DNA of 63,514 nucleotides from Octopus bimaculoides. Its lineage: Eukaryota. Under the pieces are notes generated by a model. The model was given only the letters and a program-made list of their open reading frames with translations, made no database searches and had not been told where the DNA came from. The stretch is taken from positions 39,678,024-39,741,537 of the forward strand of contig NC_068985.1 in assembly GCF_001194135.2 (NCBI RefSeq), in the 5' to 3' direction. The translations under genes were made by a program, and so were the position numbers. Each line of letters opens with the position of its first letter. The stretch's first letter is position 1. Of the stretch, positions 1 to 12,480 are shown piece by piece.

Positions 1-2
1 GA

Positions 3-34
<32 letters not shown>

Positions 35-521
35 AAAAGAGAGAATTCTTGAATTTTAAAAACGTTCTAAAACGAGAGAAAAAAAGAAAATAATTTTGTT
101 CTTTATGCCCACAGATACAATTTACATACATACACACACACATGCATACATACATACATATGTTCATACATACATACATACATTCATACATACATACATA
201 CATGGATACATACATACATGCATGCATACATATAATATAATATTATATATATATATATATATGTATAACTTAAATAATGAGGGTAAAAATTAATATTAAT
301 CAAATTAATATCAATTTAAACCAGTGGCCTAGCATATTTTTAAAAATCCGAAGATTCAGAAAAATTATATTACATGCATATAAGACGAATGACCACTGGG
401 TGGATTTCTAATATGCTAAAGATAGACCCCATATGGTCTGACCACTAAGAAAAATTGTTCTCAAGAAATTTCGGCAAACACCAGAACATAAAGCGAGCAA
501 GACAAATGAAAAGATACAAAA

Positions 522-554
<33 letters not shown>

Positions 555-744
555 CCAGTGTAGTTCGATGTAAGAATCAATCGTGGGATAGGACAGAGTG
601 CGAAATACGAGTCAAAGAACAGAAATAATAATGATATACAGAAGACAGGTATAGTATTCAGTGTTTTATAGAACATACATGTGTTTCAACAACACGTCGT
701 AATAATTTCATCACTGTGTAGAAATATTATGCAATCTTGCACAC

Positions 745-1400
745 GCGTCATCAGTGTTCCTGTCTACAATCCCTCTCCAGATTGACTACACAAATTAGAA
801 ACTTTTGATCGTGTAGCTGACCAGTTGAAATGGTGGACACCGTACACAATCTCTTCCCTCTTAAGTACACAAATATTCTATCTAGCTACCATCTAGATGA
901 CTCGATACAATTTATCCGTGTTCACACGGACACGTTAGGGAAATCCAGTTGGCACCTGTCAGATTTGGGAATTAGCTGAGCAAGTTTGCAAGGCTTTTCG
1001 CTGCCTATATTTTCTTATAGTGTACTCGCATACAATTTCAGTGCTTACCCATGATTCCACCCCAGGTATCCACTAGTACGAATTAGCAGGGCATCCCCCA
1101 AAATGCTTGTAGTTACCAGAAATCTGACCGCTTTCCTCCAAACGGATTATCAATGGCTACTCACTAGAAGACACCACCTTCACAGCTGTTTACAGACAGG
1201 AAAACTGTCTTACGATTGAAGCCAAGAAGAACGTCTGTCTCGATATTTTGATCTTTGCAGAACAGTGTTACCATGCTTGATTCAGACTGATCGAAAGATG
1301 TATACACCTAGTAGTTGTTGTTGCCGAGAACCAGTTCAAACGACATGTTGGTATTCCTGATCTCGATGATGGCGACCATATCAATCTCTAGAGACTGCAA
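745..1400 (-). mobile_element. L1/Tx1-like LINE AP-endonuclease remnant (degenerate)
   Basis: Frameshifted minus-strand translation gives DMVAIIE..., LDRIFV and CVRCPPFQLVSYT-HKFLICVVNL, resembling the AP-endonuclease LDR/SDH motifs. Confidence 0.55.
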
Positions 1401-1499
1401 GTCGTTAAGTAAGTAACTTTACTTTTTGGTCAACTTTAAATATTATTCTTTTAGACATCTTACTGCAAATAAATATGATGTAAAATAATGATTAAAATA

Positions 1500-2215
1500 G
1501 CATATATCGTCCATTAATGTTCCCTGTGGCTGATGACTAGCAGCATGTTCGACAATATTTGGTTCCAAATTTGATAAAAGAAGTCGACAATCCTCATGCT
1601 GCGCAACTTCCATTTTGTTTAAATTCTCGATCAAAATTAGGTTTACTGCGTTAAAACCCTTCAGCACCAGAGCGGAGGATGGAAAAGTAATAAAATAAAA
1701 ATTAGTTTTATTCTACACTATAGGATACTTCAGGCTAAGTTGCACTCATCTTTCACACAAGCTTTGATTTTCAGAAAAAAATCATCGTTACTTCATCATT
1801 CTGGTCTCCTGTAAATCAATTTTTTTGTTCTCCGTTGCACACAAATGCATTGTTTCACCCAGTCAGGAATCTTCAGTTAAATTAGATCATTAAATTTTCT
1901 TCCAAAATATTTCGTGAATTGTTGTAAATACTCTCACTATGTCCTCAGATTATCATTTGTTGGTAAATGTGAAAGTTTTCTCATTGATAGAAACTGACAG
2001 AATTCCCTTCTGCTAAGGTTTCACTGGTGTAATTTAATTTTACTTATCAAAGCTATTTATTGCCTGTATTACATAAAAATTGTTTCTGCTTTTGCAAATT
2101 CAGGTTGTTGATCTTGTAAATATCATCTAAGTAATCCACTCTCCAGGAATAAAGTCTATGTCTTCTGCTAGTTGATCCTCAGGATGTATAAGTAAAACGT
2201 CAACAATAGTTTAAT
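1500..2215 (-). mobile_element. hAT (Buster/Charlie, SCAND3/ZBED8-like) transposase C-terminal remnant
   Basis: RVDYLDDIYKINNLNLQ...FITFPSSALVLKGFNAVNLIL...DCRLLLSNLEPNIVEHAASHQPQG resembles the Buster C-terminus (FPSSYLVERGFSAV...DLRL.L...EP....HQ..PSH); many stops. Confidence 0.7.
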
Positions 2216-2233
2216 ATAGAGGCCATATGAACG

Positions 2234-2477
2234 CAGGCGTGACCATATGGGAGCAGGGGTAGCTATATGGGAATAAGCATTGCTGTGTAGTAAGAAGTCT
2301 GCTTCCCAACCACGTGGTTTCGTATAGAGTCCCACTGCGTGGAACCTTGGGTGGTGACTATGGTTATGGCCACGGGCCGATCAAAGCTTTGTGAGTGGAT
2401 CTGGTAGACAGAAACTGAAACAAGCCTATCGAATATGTGTGTGTGAATGTGCTGTGTGTGTGTATGTGAATGTGTGC

Positions 2478-2509
<32 letters not shown>

Positions 2510-2527
2510 GTGTATGTGTGTGCGTAT

Positions 2528-2593
<66 letters not shown>

Positions 2594-3170
2594 NNNNNNN
2601 NNNNNNNNNNNNNNNNNNNNNNNNNNNNNNNNNNNNNNNNNNNNNNNNNNNNNNNNNNNNNNNNNNNNNNNNNNNNNNNNNNNNNNNNNNNNNNNNNNNN
2701 NNNNNNNNNNNNNNNNNNNNNNNNNNNNNNNNNNNNNNNNNNNNNNNNNNNNNNNNNNNNNNNNNNNNNNNNNNNNNNNNNNNNNNNNNNNNNNNNNNNN
2801 NNNNNNNNNNNNNNNNNNNNNNNNNNNNNNNNNNNNNNNNNNNNNNNNNNNNNNNNNNNNNNNNNNNNNAGCATTGCTGTGTAGTAAGAAGTCTGCTTCC
2901 CAACCACGTGGTTTCGTATAGAGTCCCACTGCGTGGAACCTTGGGTGGTGACTATGGTTATGGCCACGGGCCGATCAAAGCTTTGTGAGTGGATCTGGTA
3001 GACAGAAACTGAAACAAGCCTATCGAATATGTGTGTGTGAATGTGCTGTGTGTGTGTATGTGAATGTGTGCGTGTGTGTGTGTGTGTGTGTAGGTGTGAG
3101 TAAGCATTTGTATGTGTGGCGGGGTTCTGCCTATTTATGTTAATGTGTTTGTTTCTTTGGCTGTGTCTAT
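2234..3170 (+). mobile_element. SINE family B (CORE-like), duplicated across gap
   Basis: Head and CCTTGGG..GTG central segment, internal (TG)n; 2271-2593 is repeated at 2871 onward. Confidence 0.8.
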
Positions 3171-3739
3171 GTGTGCGCGCGATCATATATAGACCGAAGC
3201 CAGACAAATCACACTATATAGGTAAAACCATGGTGTCAGACATTTGTTTTGGGTTAAATAGCTGTAGTAATGGCAGAACGATATATAGGATCCAGTAGAA
3301 TGCAATAGATGAAAATAAGTGAGAAAATGTCAAAGATGAAAACCACCTCCTGAACAAGGCTCATATATGATGTAAAAGGCTCCGTACCGCACAGCGGTAA
3401 AGCAAAAGAACAGACTTCATCTAATGCGTTGTTTATTCTTATGTTAATTGCTTCTTATCTGTAACGTTTATTTTTAGGGAAGCTTTTGTGAGTGGCTCTC
3501 GTATGCATATTCACACACATGCAGCCACACATAACTGTATATACATACATACATCCAGATAGACAGACAGACACATACACACAATCATATGGACGTATAA
3601 TGTATTCCCATGCAAAACCTACAAAGTGGGTTTTAATAATTTAATACATTGCATTCGATCAATCATGCAATGCACACACACACACACACACACATGCGCG
3701 CGCGCACACATGCACACACGTAAAAACATACATATATGC

Positions 3740-4020
3740 GTGTATATATATGCATGCATATTTGAATCGCCACCGCAGTCTTTTGTCGTCGTCGTCGGCG
3801 GCGGCTCGTTCCTCGAATCCAAGGATTGATTTTTTCCTCTTGGACGAATATTTGGACCATCACTGCCGGCGGCGAATATGGCTAATGAGGCCAATCCTCG
3901 CGTAGAACACGATTGCATTGGCTACATGTGAATATCGAAGTTGATTATGGTTGCTGCTGTCTGGTCTTGTAGAAAAGAAGAGAGCCGGTGACGTACGTTT
4001 GATGAAGGTGGATCACGACT
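3740..4020. promoter_or_regulatory. Candidate cis-regulatory island
   Basis: Non-repeat CpG-rich segment with CCAAT (~3890), inverted CCAAT (ATTGG ~3917) and a TGACGT CRE-like site (~3989). Confidence 0.25.
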
Positions 4021-4339
4021 TGCCAGGAACTAATCACCACACTGATTTCAAGACCTTCCTTTGTATGTATATGTGTAAATAGGGAAAAGCTTTTCTTCCA
4101 GTTATGTTCTATTGAAGACACCACTGCGATTACATGCTAGAAACAACAGGTAATCGACGAATCACATTTTTAAAATTTTAATTTCCCCCACCCCCCATGT
4201 TTTCTTTACCAGAGAGGTGGAGAAGTGAAAACGTGTTTTGGGGTTTTCAAAATCTTCAATTTTTAAGTGCGCTCCAACCAGAAAGTCCGATAAACTAGAA
4301 ACAACAGCCAAACTGGAGATCCACTTTCTAAATACGAAT

Positions 4340-4649
4340 TTTATTTATTTATGCACCTTTTTAAAGCCTAAACAGGCTCGTGGGCCCGGTTTCCCGGTTT
4401 CAATGGTGTATGTGTTCCCCCCAGCTGGATGGGACGCCAGTCCATCGCAGCGTTACTCAAGAAAAAAGAAGAAAGAGTGAGAGAAAGTTGGGGCGAAGGA
4501 GTGCAACAGGGGTCGCCACTACCCCCTGCCTCGTGGAGCTTTAGGTATTTTCGCTCAATAAACACACACAACGCCCGGTCTGGGAATCGAAACCGCGATC
4601 CTCCGACCACGAGTTCGCTGCCCTAACCACTGGGCCATTGCGCCTCCAC
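4340..4649 (-). mobile_element. Chimeric SINE: A-head + D-tail
   Basis: Family A head through the CT-rich segment, then GAGTAACGCTGCGATGGACTGGCGTCC...GGAAACCGGGCCCA...AGGCTTTAA as in 46913-47148. Confidence 0.85.
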
Positions 4650-4732
4650 GAATTACCAAAATACGAATTACCAAAAATTACTAAATACGAATTACCAAAA
4701 ACGTAAATATTAAAAATAATGTCATTTTGTTG

Positions 4733-4782
<50 letters not shown>

Positions 4783-5433
4783 AAAAAAAACTAATCTTTA
4801 CATACTAATGATATTCTTATTCAGGATTTTTCATGTTTCTTTATTTGTATTATATATATTTTTTTTGAAACAAAAGCGTTCCTAATGCATTACTTCGTTA
4901 GCATTTCAAGACCTTCTCAGTCTCGTCTTGTAAATGAAAAGATAGTAGTTGTTGAGTGTTTTCCTTGCGTTTTGCAGTCTGTCAGAAAGTATCATGGTAA
5001 TACTGTTATAACTGATATATTCGTCAACGCCGGATTTAAAATTATTCAGTAATAACTCCTGGGAGAATTCACATTTTATTTTTCGTTTCTATTTTGCTAT
5101 TAACAAAGCTTCCTTGGTTACTTTTTACATTTTTGTAAAATTATATATAAATTGTAGTACTATCAACTAATATTTTTCAATTATATTTCGTTCGTATATT
5201 ATATCATGTATTGCAATGACTATCTGTTGTACATGAATGATCAATCGATCAGAAAGTGTCATATCTGTGTGTCTGATATAATAGTTTGGATTACGCAGTA
5301 ACAACTTCTATGTTTACACAGATATTTATAAATTACATTATTTGTCTGAAGTACGTTCTGTGGTTTGCAAGTTTGTGGTTTCATGTTAAAGACGTTCTTT
5401 ATTCTAGTGTTTTTTGCATTATATTCTGAGTCT

Positions 5434-5625
5434 AAGGCGGCGAGGTGGCAGAAACGTTAGCACGCCGGACGAAATGCTTAGCAGTATTTCGTCTGTCTTT
5501 ACGTTCTGAGTTCAAATTCCGCCGAGGTCGACTTTGCCTTTCATCCTTTCGGGGTCGATAAATTAAGTACCAGTTACGCACTGGGATCGATGCAATCGAT
5601 TCAATCCCTTTGTCTGTTCTTGTTT
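5434..5625 (+). mobile_element. tRNA-derived SINE family C
   Basis: AAGGCGGCGAG.TGGCAGAAACGTTAGC...GAGTTCAAATTCCGCCGAGGTCGACTTTGCCTTTCATCCTTTCGGGGTCGATAAATTAAGTACCAG. Confidence 0.88.
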
Positions 5626-6195
5626 GCGTGTATATACAAAGTATGGGGGTTTAGTTGTCAGGTGATCTAAACGATTAGGCACGCTAGGTAAGTGCTTTAA
5701 CGGATTACTAGGGCTTCATGGTTGTAGCCGAGACGGTAGTTATGGAGCCATTGCAGATTTCCGATATTGTGGATATATGATTGTTGAAGAGAACAACAAA
5801 CGTTGAGGGAAGCCAAACATCTCAAGTCATATACATTATTCTTATTATTGGAAAAAATTCAAAGTCTTACAGCTGTTTCTGGGATATCCCAGAGTATGGG
5901 ATATTTCGTCATTAGAGACAAATAGGGAAAATGGGAAGGGATAGATTAATGAAATGACGGTATAGACAAAAATATGTACGAGTATATTTATATGAATATG
6001 TATATAAATACGTGTATGTGTGAGGAGGCGACTGAAAGAGGAGAGTGGGGAAGAGCGGGGAAGCGATTTACAGTTTAGTAATAGCGTTGTTTAATAATCT
6101 AAAGGCTGGTGTGGCAAGTCGTGTATTTCCGGAAATTTACGGCGGATCCGTAATTCGCTTATTAGTTCTAACTTGTCATTTCAGTATAACTTTGT

Positions 6196-6942
6196 ATGTG
6201 TTGTGTGTGTAGGTGGGATGTATGTGTTGTAGGTGGGGGTCGTGCGCGCGCATTTGCGTGTGTGTGTGTGTGTGTGTGTGTGTGCATTTGTTTCTGTGAT
6301 TATCTTGGCATTAGTCCTACTGTGTATGTGCGTGTTTGTGTGTGTATGTGTGCGCGCGTGTGTATGTGTGCATGTGTGAGTATGTATGTATGTGTGCGTG
6401 TATGCGTGTGTGCGCGTGAGAGTGTGTGTGTATGCGTGTGTATGTGTGCGTGTCTATGTGTGTGTGTGTGTTGTATGTGTCTGTGTGTATGTGTTTGATT
6501 CTGTTTGTGCGTTTGACCTATTAACTGCCAGATTTCAACATGTCTGATCATATTTAACTATTGTTGCTTTAATTTGTTGTAGTTTAACCTCAGGTCAACC
6601 CTGTCGGGAAAAACTTATGAGGAAAGACATTCCAGCGATGTGTGTATGTGTGTGTGTGTGCGCGCGCGCGCGCGTGTATGTGTGTATGTGTGTGCGCCCG
6701 TGCGTGTGTGTACGCGTGCGTGCTTGTGCGTGCATCCATGCATACTGGCTCTCTTTTTTTTTTATTTAATAGGTTTGTTAATTCAAGAGAATTGTAGATT
6801 CTTTAAGATATCTGTTACCCTTTTCATTTGGAGTCAGTTACAACTGCTGATAGGTGTTTGCTTACCTTCTCTCGAAACGAAATATCATTTCATTAAATCA
6901 CGAATTCATTTTGTACGGCATTTATTAAAGCTCATACATACC

Positions 6943-6989
<47 letters not shown>

Positions 6990-7011
6990 CTACGCATACA
7001 CACACACACAA

Positions 7012-7068
<57 letters not shown>

Positions 7069-7085
7069 GTCTCTGTGTGTGTGCG
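6196..7085. repeat. Compound (TG)n/(CG)n/(TA)n microsatellite field
   Basis: Direct reading. Confidence 0.95.
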
Positions 7086-7999
7086 TATAATACCTGACCA
7101 CCATAAGTGATCATTAAAAATCCTGAAGCCAAACATTTGCGCAATGTTAAAGATTCTATTGGTAAGTTTTTATTGTGAAGAGAGGTTAATATGACGCACA
7201 TTTTCTTTTACATACGTAGTGACTGTATCTGCTGATTAAAGAAGCTATTATTGGGTTTCATTAGAAGATACTTTCAGGGTTTCTTTCCCTTGAAGCTATG
7301 TATGTATGAAGAGAGACGCGTATGTGAAAGATAAATGAAAATAATGAGTCGACGCATCAACCCCCGCATATGTGTATGCATGTGTGTAAGTGTGAATCTG
7401 TGCGTGCATATTTGTATTATGTGCGTGTATGTGTGTTTGTTGATAGCCAAGCAAGTAGATCGTTAATGAGCGTTTGAAACATAACCTAAAACTGGAATTA
7501 TGGGTATTTGATGGAAAGAAATTGAGCTCTATTTAAATGAGAGTATGACTTTGAAAATTGAGGTACATTTTGGTGGTTTACAGTGTTACATTAGCTTCAC
7601 TCTGTAGTAAAAATCTATCTTTGGTAATTGCTGGTTTATTTTGATAAACTAGCAACCTATCCCATGTATAAAAGAGGATTTATATCTGAAACAATACTAC
7701 AACTATTTAACAGAAAAACGTAGACACAGACATGGGCGTCTCGGAAGAGATTAGTATTTTTCATCATCTTCTTCAAGTGAACAAAATATACAACACAACC
7801 CTGTTGAAAACAGTATCTATGCAATGTCACTTCAACACTTAATCCACAGCGTTTGGGCGAAAGAGAACTACTAGTATAATAGCTTCCAGCGAATAATTGG
7901 CTTGTGAGACCGTCACGATCTTTGATTAACACTTACACATACATACATACATACATACATACATACATACATACATACATACATACATACATACATGTG

Positions 8000-8576
8000 A
8001 CGGTGGTGGTGGTGGGCTACTCTTTATACAGAGTTTGACTACCTCCTGTACCTACACCTTAGCACCTTCATGGCGTCTGATATGGCTTTTTTAACCAGAC
8101 AATGTTCTGAAAAGACACCCACATAGATTGCACGTCTGATTTGGACCACCAATACCTGCAGATAAGGTCTGCTCTTTGTGGATCTTAACATGTCTTTTGA
8201 GGCCTCCGTTGGATTTGCAAATCTTCTGGTATACACTGCATTCAAAGGTGTGCACAGACATATAGTCAGAATAGTTTGTGGAGGTTCGTTTTCCATGCAT
8301 TCGCAGATGAGATCTGAGGCCAGTCAAAGACAGGCATGGTCTGTCACACACTGTGCACACAAAAAGGTCATTGTCATTCACCTTCTCGATCATTACATTC
8401 TTCCTTAGATCGCTTTTGAGTTTTACTTGCGTTATCCTGGTCTCTTTAAATGCTTTCACTCCACTCCATACCTTTGTTCGCCATCCAACTCGATCCGAAG
8501 CAAGGATTTCTATATCTTCTGGAACCATTCCCAGTAACTTCATAATAGTCCTTATGCCGTCCTTAAACCTTAAACC
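8000..8576 (-). mobile_element. RTE-clade LINE 3' end with three C2H2 zinc fingers
   Basis: LRFKDGIRTIMKLLGM...DRVGWR; fingers CTVCDRPCLSLTGLRSHLRMH, CSVYQKICKSNGGLKRHVKIH and CNLCGCLFRTLSG*KSHIRRH; short (ACC)n tail. Confidence 0.85.
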
Positions 8577-8849
8577 TGTGAAACTTGGACTTGTTATGAA
8601 AGGAATTTTAAACTGCTAGAACAATTCCACCAAAAATGCCTTCATCGCATTTTATAAATTAAATGGAGTTCTTTTACTCCAAACGGAGATGTCCTTGCAT
8701 CTGCTTGCATCACCTCAATTAAAGTTATGATTTTGAGGAACCAAGTGAGATGGGGTGACCATATTGTTCTAATGGCAGATGAACGCATGCTGAAACAGCT
8801 GTTTTATGGTGAGTTTGCAGAGGGGAAACGCTATCGGCGTAAACCTAAA
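8577..8849 (+). mobile_element. Inverted upstream segment of the same RTE LINE
   Basis: CETWTCYERNFKLLEQFHQKCLHRIL*IKWS...QVRWGDHIVLMADERMLKQLFYGEFAEGKRYRRKPK, a canonical RTE post-RT region, in opposite orientation to 8000-8576. Confidence 0.9.
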
Positions 8850-9679
8850 AATAAAAACATACATACATACACAAAGAGAAATCAACTGGCTAATTCGTAC
8901 ATTACTAGTGCAATCGGTGAGTGAAACAGTAAAAATATGCAAGAATATTCTCAAGTTCCAAATGTGAATTTGTCTGTGTTAACTACATCCCAAAGAGGGA
9001 GGCTTGTATCTTTGCTGGAAACCGGCTCCCTCCTCAGTGGAAGATTTATAATAATTAAAAATAGAAGAGACATACATACATACATATGTATATATATATA
9101 TATATATATATATNNNNNNNNNNNNNNNNNNNNNNNNNNNNNNNNNNNNNNNNNNNNNNNNNNNNNNNNNNNNNNNNNNNNNNNNNNNNNNNNNNNNNNN
9201 NNNNNNNNNNNNNNNNNNNNNNNNNNNNNNNNNNNNNNNNNNNNNNNNNNNNNNNNNNNNNNNNNNNNNNNNNNNNNNNNNNNNNNNNNNNNNNNNNNNN
9301 NNNNNNNNNNNNNNNNNNNNNNNNNNNNNNNNNNNNNNNNNNNNNNNNNNNNNNNNNNNNNNNNNNNNNNNNNNNNNNNNNNNNNNNNNNNNNNNNNNNN
9401 NNNNNNNNNNNNNNNNNNNNNNNNNNNNNNNNNNNNNNNNNNNNNNNNNNNNNNNNNNNNNNNNNNNNNNNNNNNNNNNNNNNNNNNNNNNNNNNNNNNN
9501 NNNNNNNNNNNNNNNNNNNNNNNNNNNNNNNNNNNNNNNNNNNNNNNNNNNNNNNNNNNNNNNNNNNNNNNNNNNNNNNNNNNNNNNNNNNNNNNNNNNN
9601 NNNNNNNNNNNNNNNNNNNNNNNNNNNNNNNNNNNNNNNNNNNNNNNNNNNNNNNNNNNNNNNNNNNNNNNNNNNNNNN

Positions 9680-9748
<69 letters not shown>

Positions 9749-10007
9749 TTCTTTTATTAGCCACACAGGGCTCAACAAAGATGGGACGAATACAATGTAG
9801 AGCTTTTCTTTTTAGGAGGGGGAAGAAAGAGGAAAAAAAAAAGTAGGGGTGGGTGTCGATCAAAAGGGATCGCAGGAAGGAAAAAAGTGGGGAGTTCGAT
9901 CAAAAGGGACCGAGAGAAAAAAAAAAAAAGTGATCAATAGGGATCGTGTATCACAGTAATGTTCTCGTNNNNNNNNNNCGTGGAAAGAAAAGCCTACGGA
10001 AAAGACC

Positions 10008-10050
<43 letters not shown>

Positions 10051-10055
10051 TAGAC

Positions 10056-10104
<49 letters not shown>

Positions 10105-10470
10105 CAGATAGTACATTGTATGATTATCGGTGTTAGAAAATAGAATCATTTATTGGGCAAATACTTCATCTGGGCGATCGCCTTGATTTTCTATTTCCCA
10201 ATCCTCTGCCGATTAAATAATAACCAGAGAAACTTCAATAAATAATCATTTCCTTACTGCAACAAACAGCAAGGATAATTTTTTTACGTCTTTTGTTGCG
10301 ATATTCATTGACATATTTTTACGTTATTCCACCGGAAATTAATAGGTTAATCTGATCTAAAAAATGACGGGAATATAATTATATCTACCTTTAGAATAGT
10401 AACATACACATTAACAGGTCTCTTTCGCTATTCCTCTTTCAACATGCCCCTCTCTCTCTGTCTCTGTCTC

Positions 10471-10516
<46 letters not shown>

Positions 10517-10746
10517 TCTCTCTCCCCCTCCCTCTCTCTCTCTCTCTCTCTCCCTATCTCCCTATCTCTATCTCTTTCTCTCCATGTACCAGAATGTGCG
10601 CGCGATTATGTGTATGAGTGTACATGTGTATGCGTGCGTGTGAGTGTGTGTCTATGCATATACATACATACACGCATATTATGTATATACATACACACAT
10701 ATATATGTATGTATATATGCCTATATGTATGTGTATATATATACAA

Positions 10747-10785
<39 letters not shown>

Positions 10786-10993
10786 CATATATACACATAT
10801 ATATATGTGTGTGTACTTATGTATATATATATATTTATATATATATGAATGTATTTACGTATGCGTGTAAGTGTATATACATATGTATGCATGTGTATAT
10901 GAGTGTGTTTATGTAAATATATGCCTGAGCATAAGCATATCTGCGTGTGTGTTTGTGCGTGTGTATGCAAATAAATATCTGATCATATGCATA

Positions 10994-11030
<37 letters not shown>
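9680..11030. repeat. (GATA)n, (GACA)n, (CT)n and (TA)n compound microsatellite field
   Basis: Direct reading. Confidence 0.95.
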
Positions 11031-11702
11031 GTGGTCGCAGCTCTTTAATGGTGGTGCCCCAGCATGGCCACAGCTCATGAGCTGAAACTAGATAAAATGA
11101 AAATAAAATAAAATGAAATACATATACATATGGCATAGTGAAAAATCATAAAATCGTTTATATCACTTAAGTGGAACTTATTGTTCAAATGCATGTTCAG
11201 TGTTTGGTTTTCTTTTTTTCTTTTGTGTGTACGATTAACTGCGTTCGTTTGGTGTAATATATATCAGCGTGGCAATGTAGTTTTAATTACAATATGTCAT
11301 GTTGAATGCGGTTTCTTCAACCCTTTGACGTGGTCATAACATTTGAATAATATAGCAGGATCATTTCGGTGTGGCGACAGCAGGAACAGTTGTTATTGAT
11401 GTTGTTGTTGTTGTTGTTGCTGTATAGCGCCAGGTCAGTCTGATTAAAAGAGCCCATGACAAGCATGTAACCAACTGAATGGTAAGGTTGCACCATACAA
11501 ATTTGTTTTTGTTGTTGTTGTTTTAGGGGATTTTTTTTTTCTGATACATGTAAACATTTGTATTTTTTTATGTTTTATATGTTTCAGTTAATTGACTATG
11601 GCCTTGCTGGAGCACTGCCTTGAAGAGTGATACTGGCCAAGCCACAATAGTACGAGGATGTCAGCAAACCAACACCGAATATTCAAACACAAAGGCATAC
11701 AC

Positions 11703-11737
<35 letters not shown>

Positions 11738-12235
11738 NNNNNNNNNNNNNNNNNNNNNNNNNNNNNNNNNNNNNNNNNNNNNNNNNNNNNNNNNNNNNNN
11801 NNNNNNNNNNNNNNNNNNNNNNNNNNNNNNNNNNNNNNNNNNNNNNNNNNNNNNNNNNNNNNNNNNNNNNNNNNNNNNNNNNNNNNNNNNNNNNNNNNNN
11901 NNNNNNNNNNNNNNNNNNNNNNNNNNNNNNNNNNNNNNNNNNNNNNNNNNNNNNNNNNNNNNNNNNNNNNNNNNNNNNNNNNNNNNNNNNNNNNNNNNNN
12001 NNNNNNNNNNNNNNNNNNNNNNNNNNNNNNNNNNNNNNNNNNNNNNNNNNNNNNNNNNNNNNNNNNNNNNNNNNNNNNNNNNNNNNNNNNNNNNNNNNNN
12101 NNNNNNNNNNNNNNNNNNNNNNNNNNNNNNNNNNNNNNNNNNNNNNNNNNNNNNNNNNNNNNNNNNNNNNNNNNNNNNNNNNNNNNNNNNNNNNNNNNNN
12201 NNNNNNNNNNNATATATATATATATAGATAGATAG

Positions 12236-12400
12236 ATACGATGGGCTTCTTTCAGTTTCCGTCTACCAAATCCACTCACAAGGCTTCGGTCGGCCCGAGG
12301 CTATAGTAGAAGACACTTGCCCAAGGTACCACGCAGTGGGAATGAACTCGGAACCATGTGGTTGGTAAGCAAGCTACTTACCACACAGCCACTCATGTGC
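12236..12400 (-). mobile_element. SINE family B 5' half
   Basis: Reverse complement of GAGTGGCTGTGTGGTAAGTAGCTTGC...CCTTGGGCAAGTGTCTTC. Confidence 0.85.
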
Positions 12401-12480
12401 CTATATATATATAACGTATTGATCTGATCCGTGATATAATTCAACAAACAGAGGGCTCCATCTGGTGAAAGTCAAATATT

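Noticed and set aside
2271-3100. Direct repeat of a SINE B segment across a gap (likewise 17219-17910 and 23027-23772)
   Set aside because: Same gap-flanking overlap artefact.
7657-7932. 91-aa minus-strand ORF
   Set aside because: No motif or splice context recognised.
8091-8543. Stand-alone host C2H2 zinc-finger gene
   Set aside because: Contiguous with RTE RT C-terminal sequence, with a degenerate finger and premature stop; it is retrotransposon-derived.
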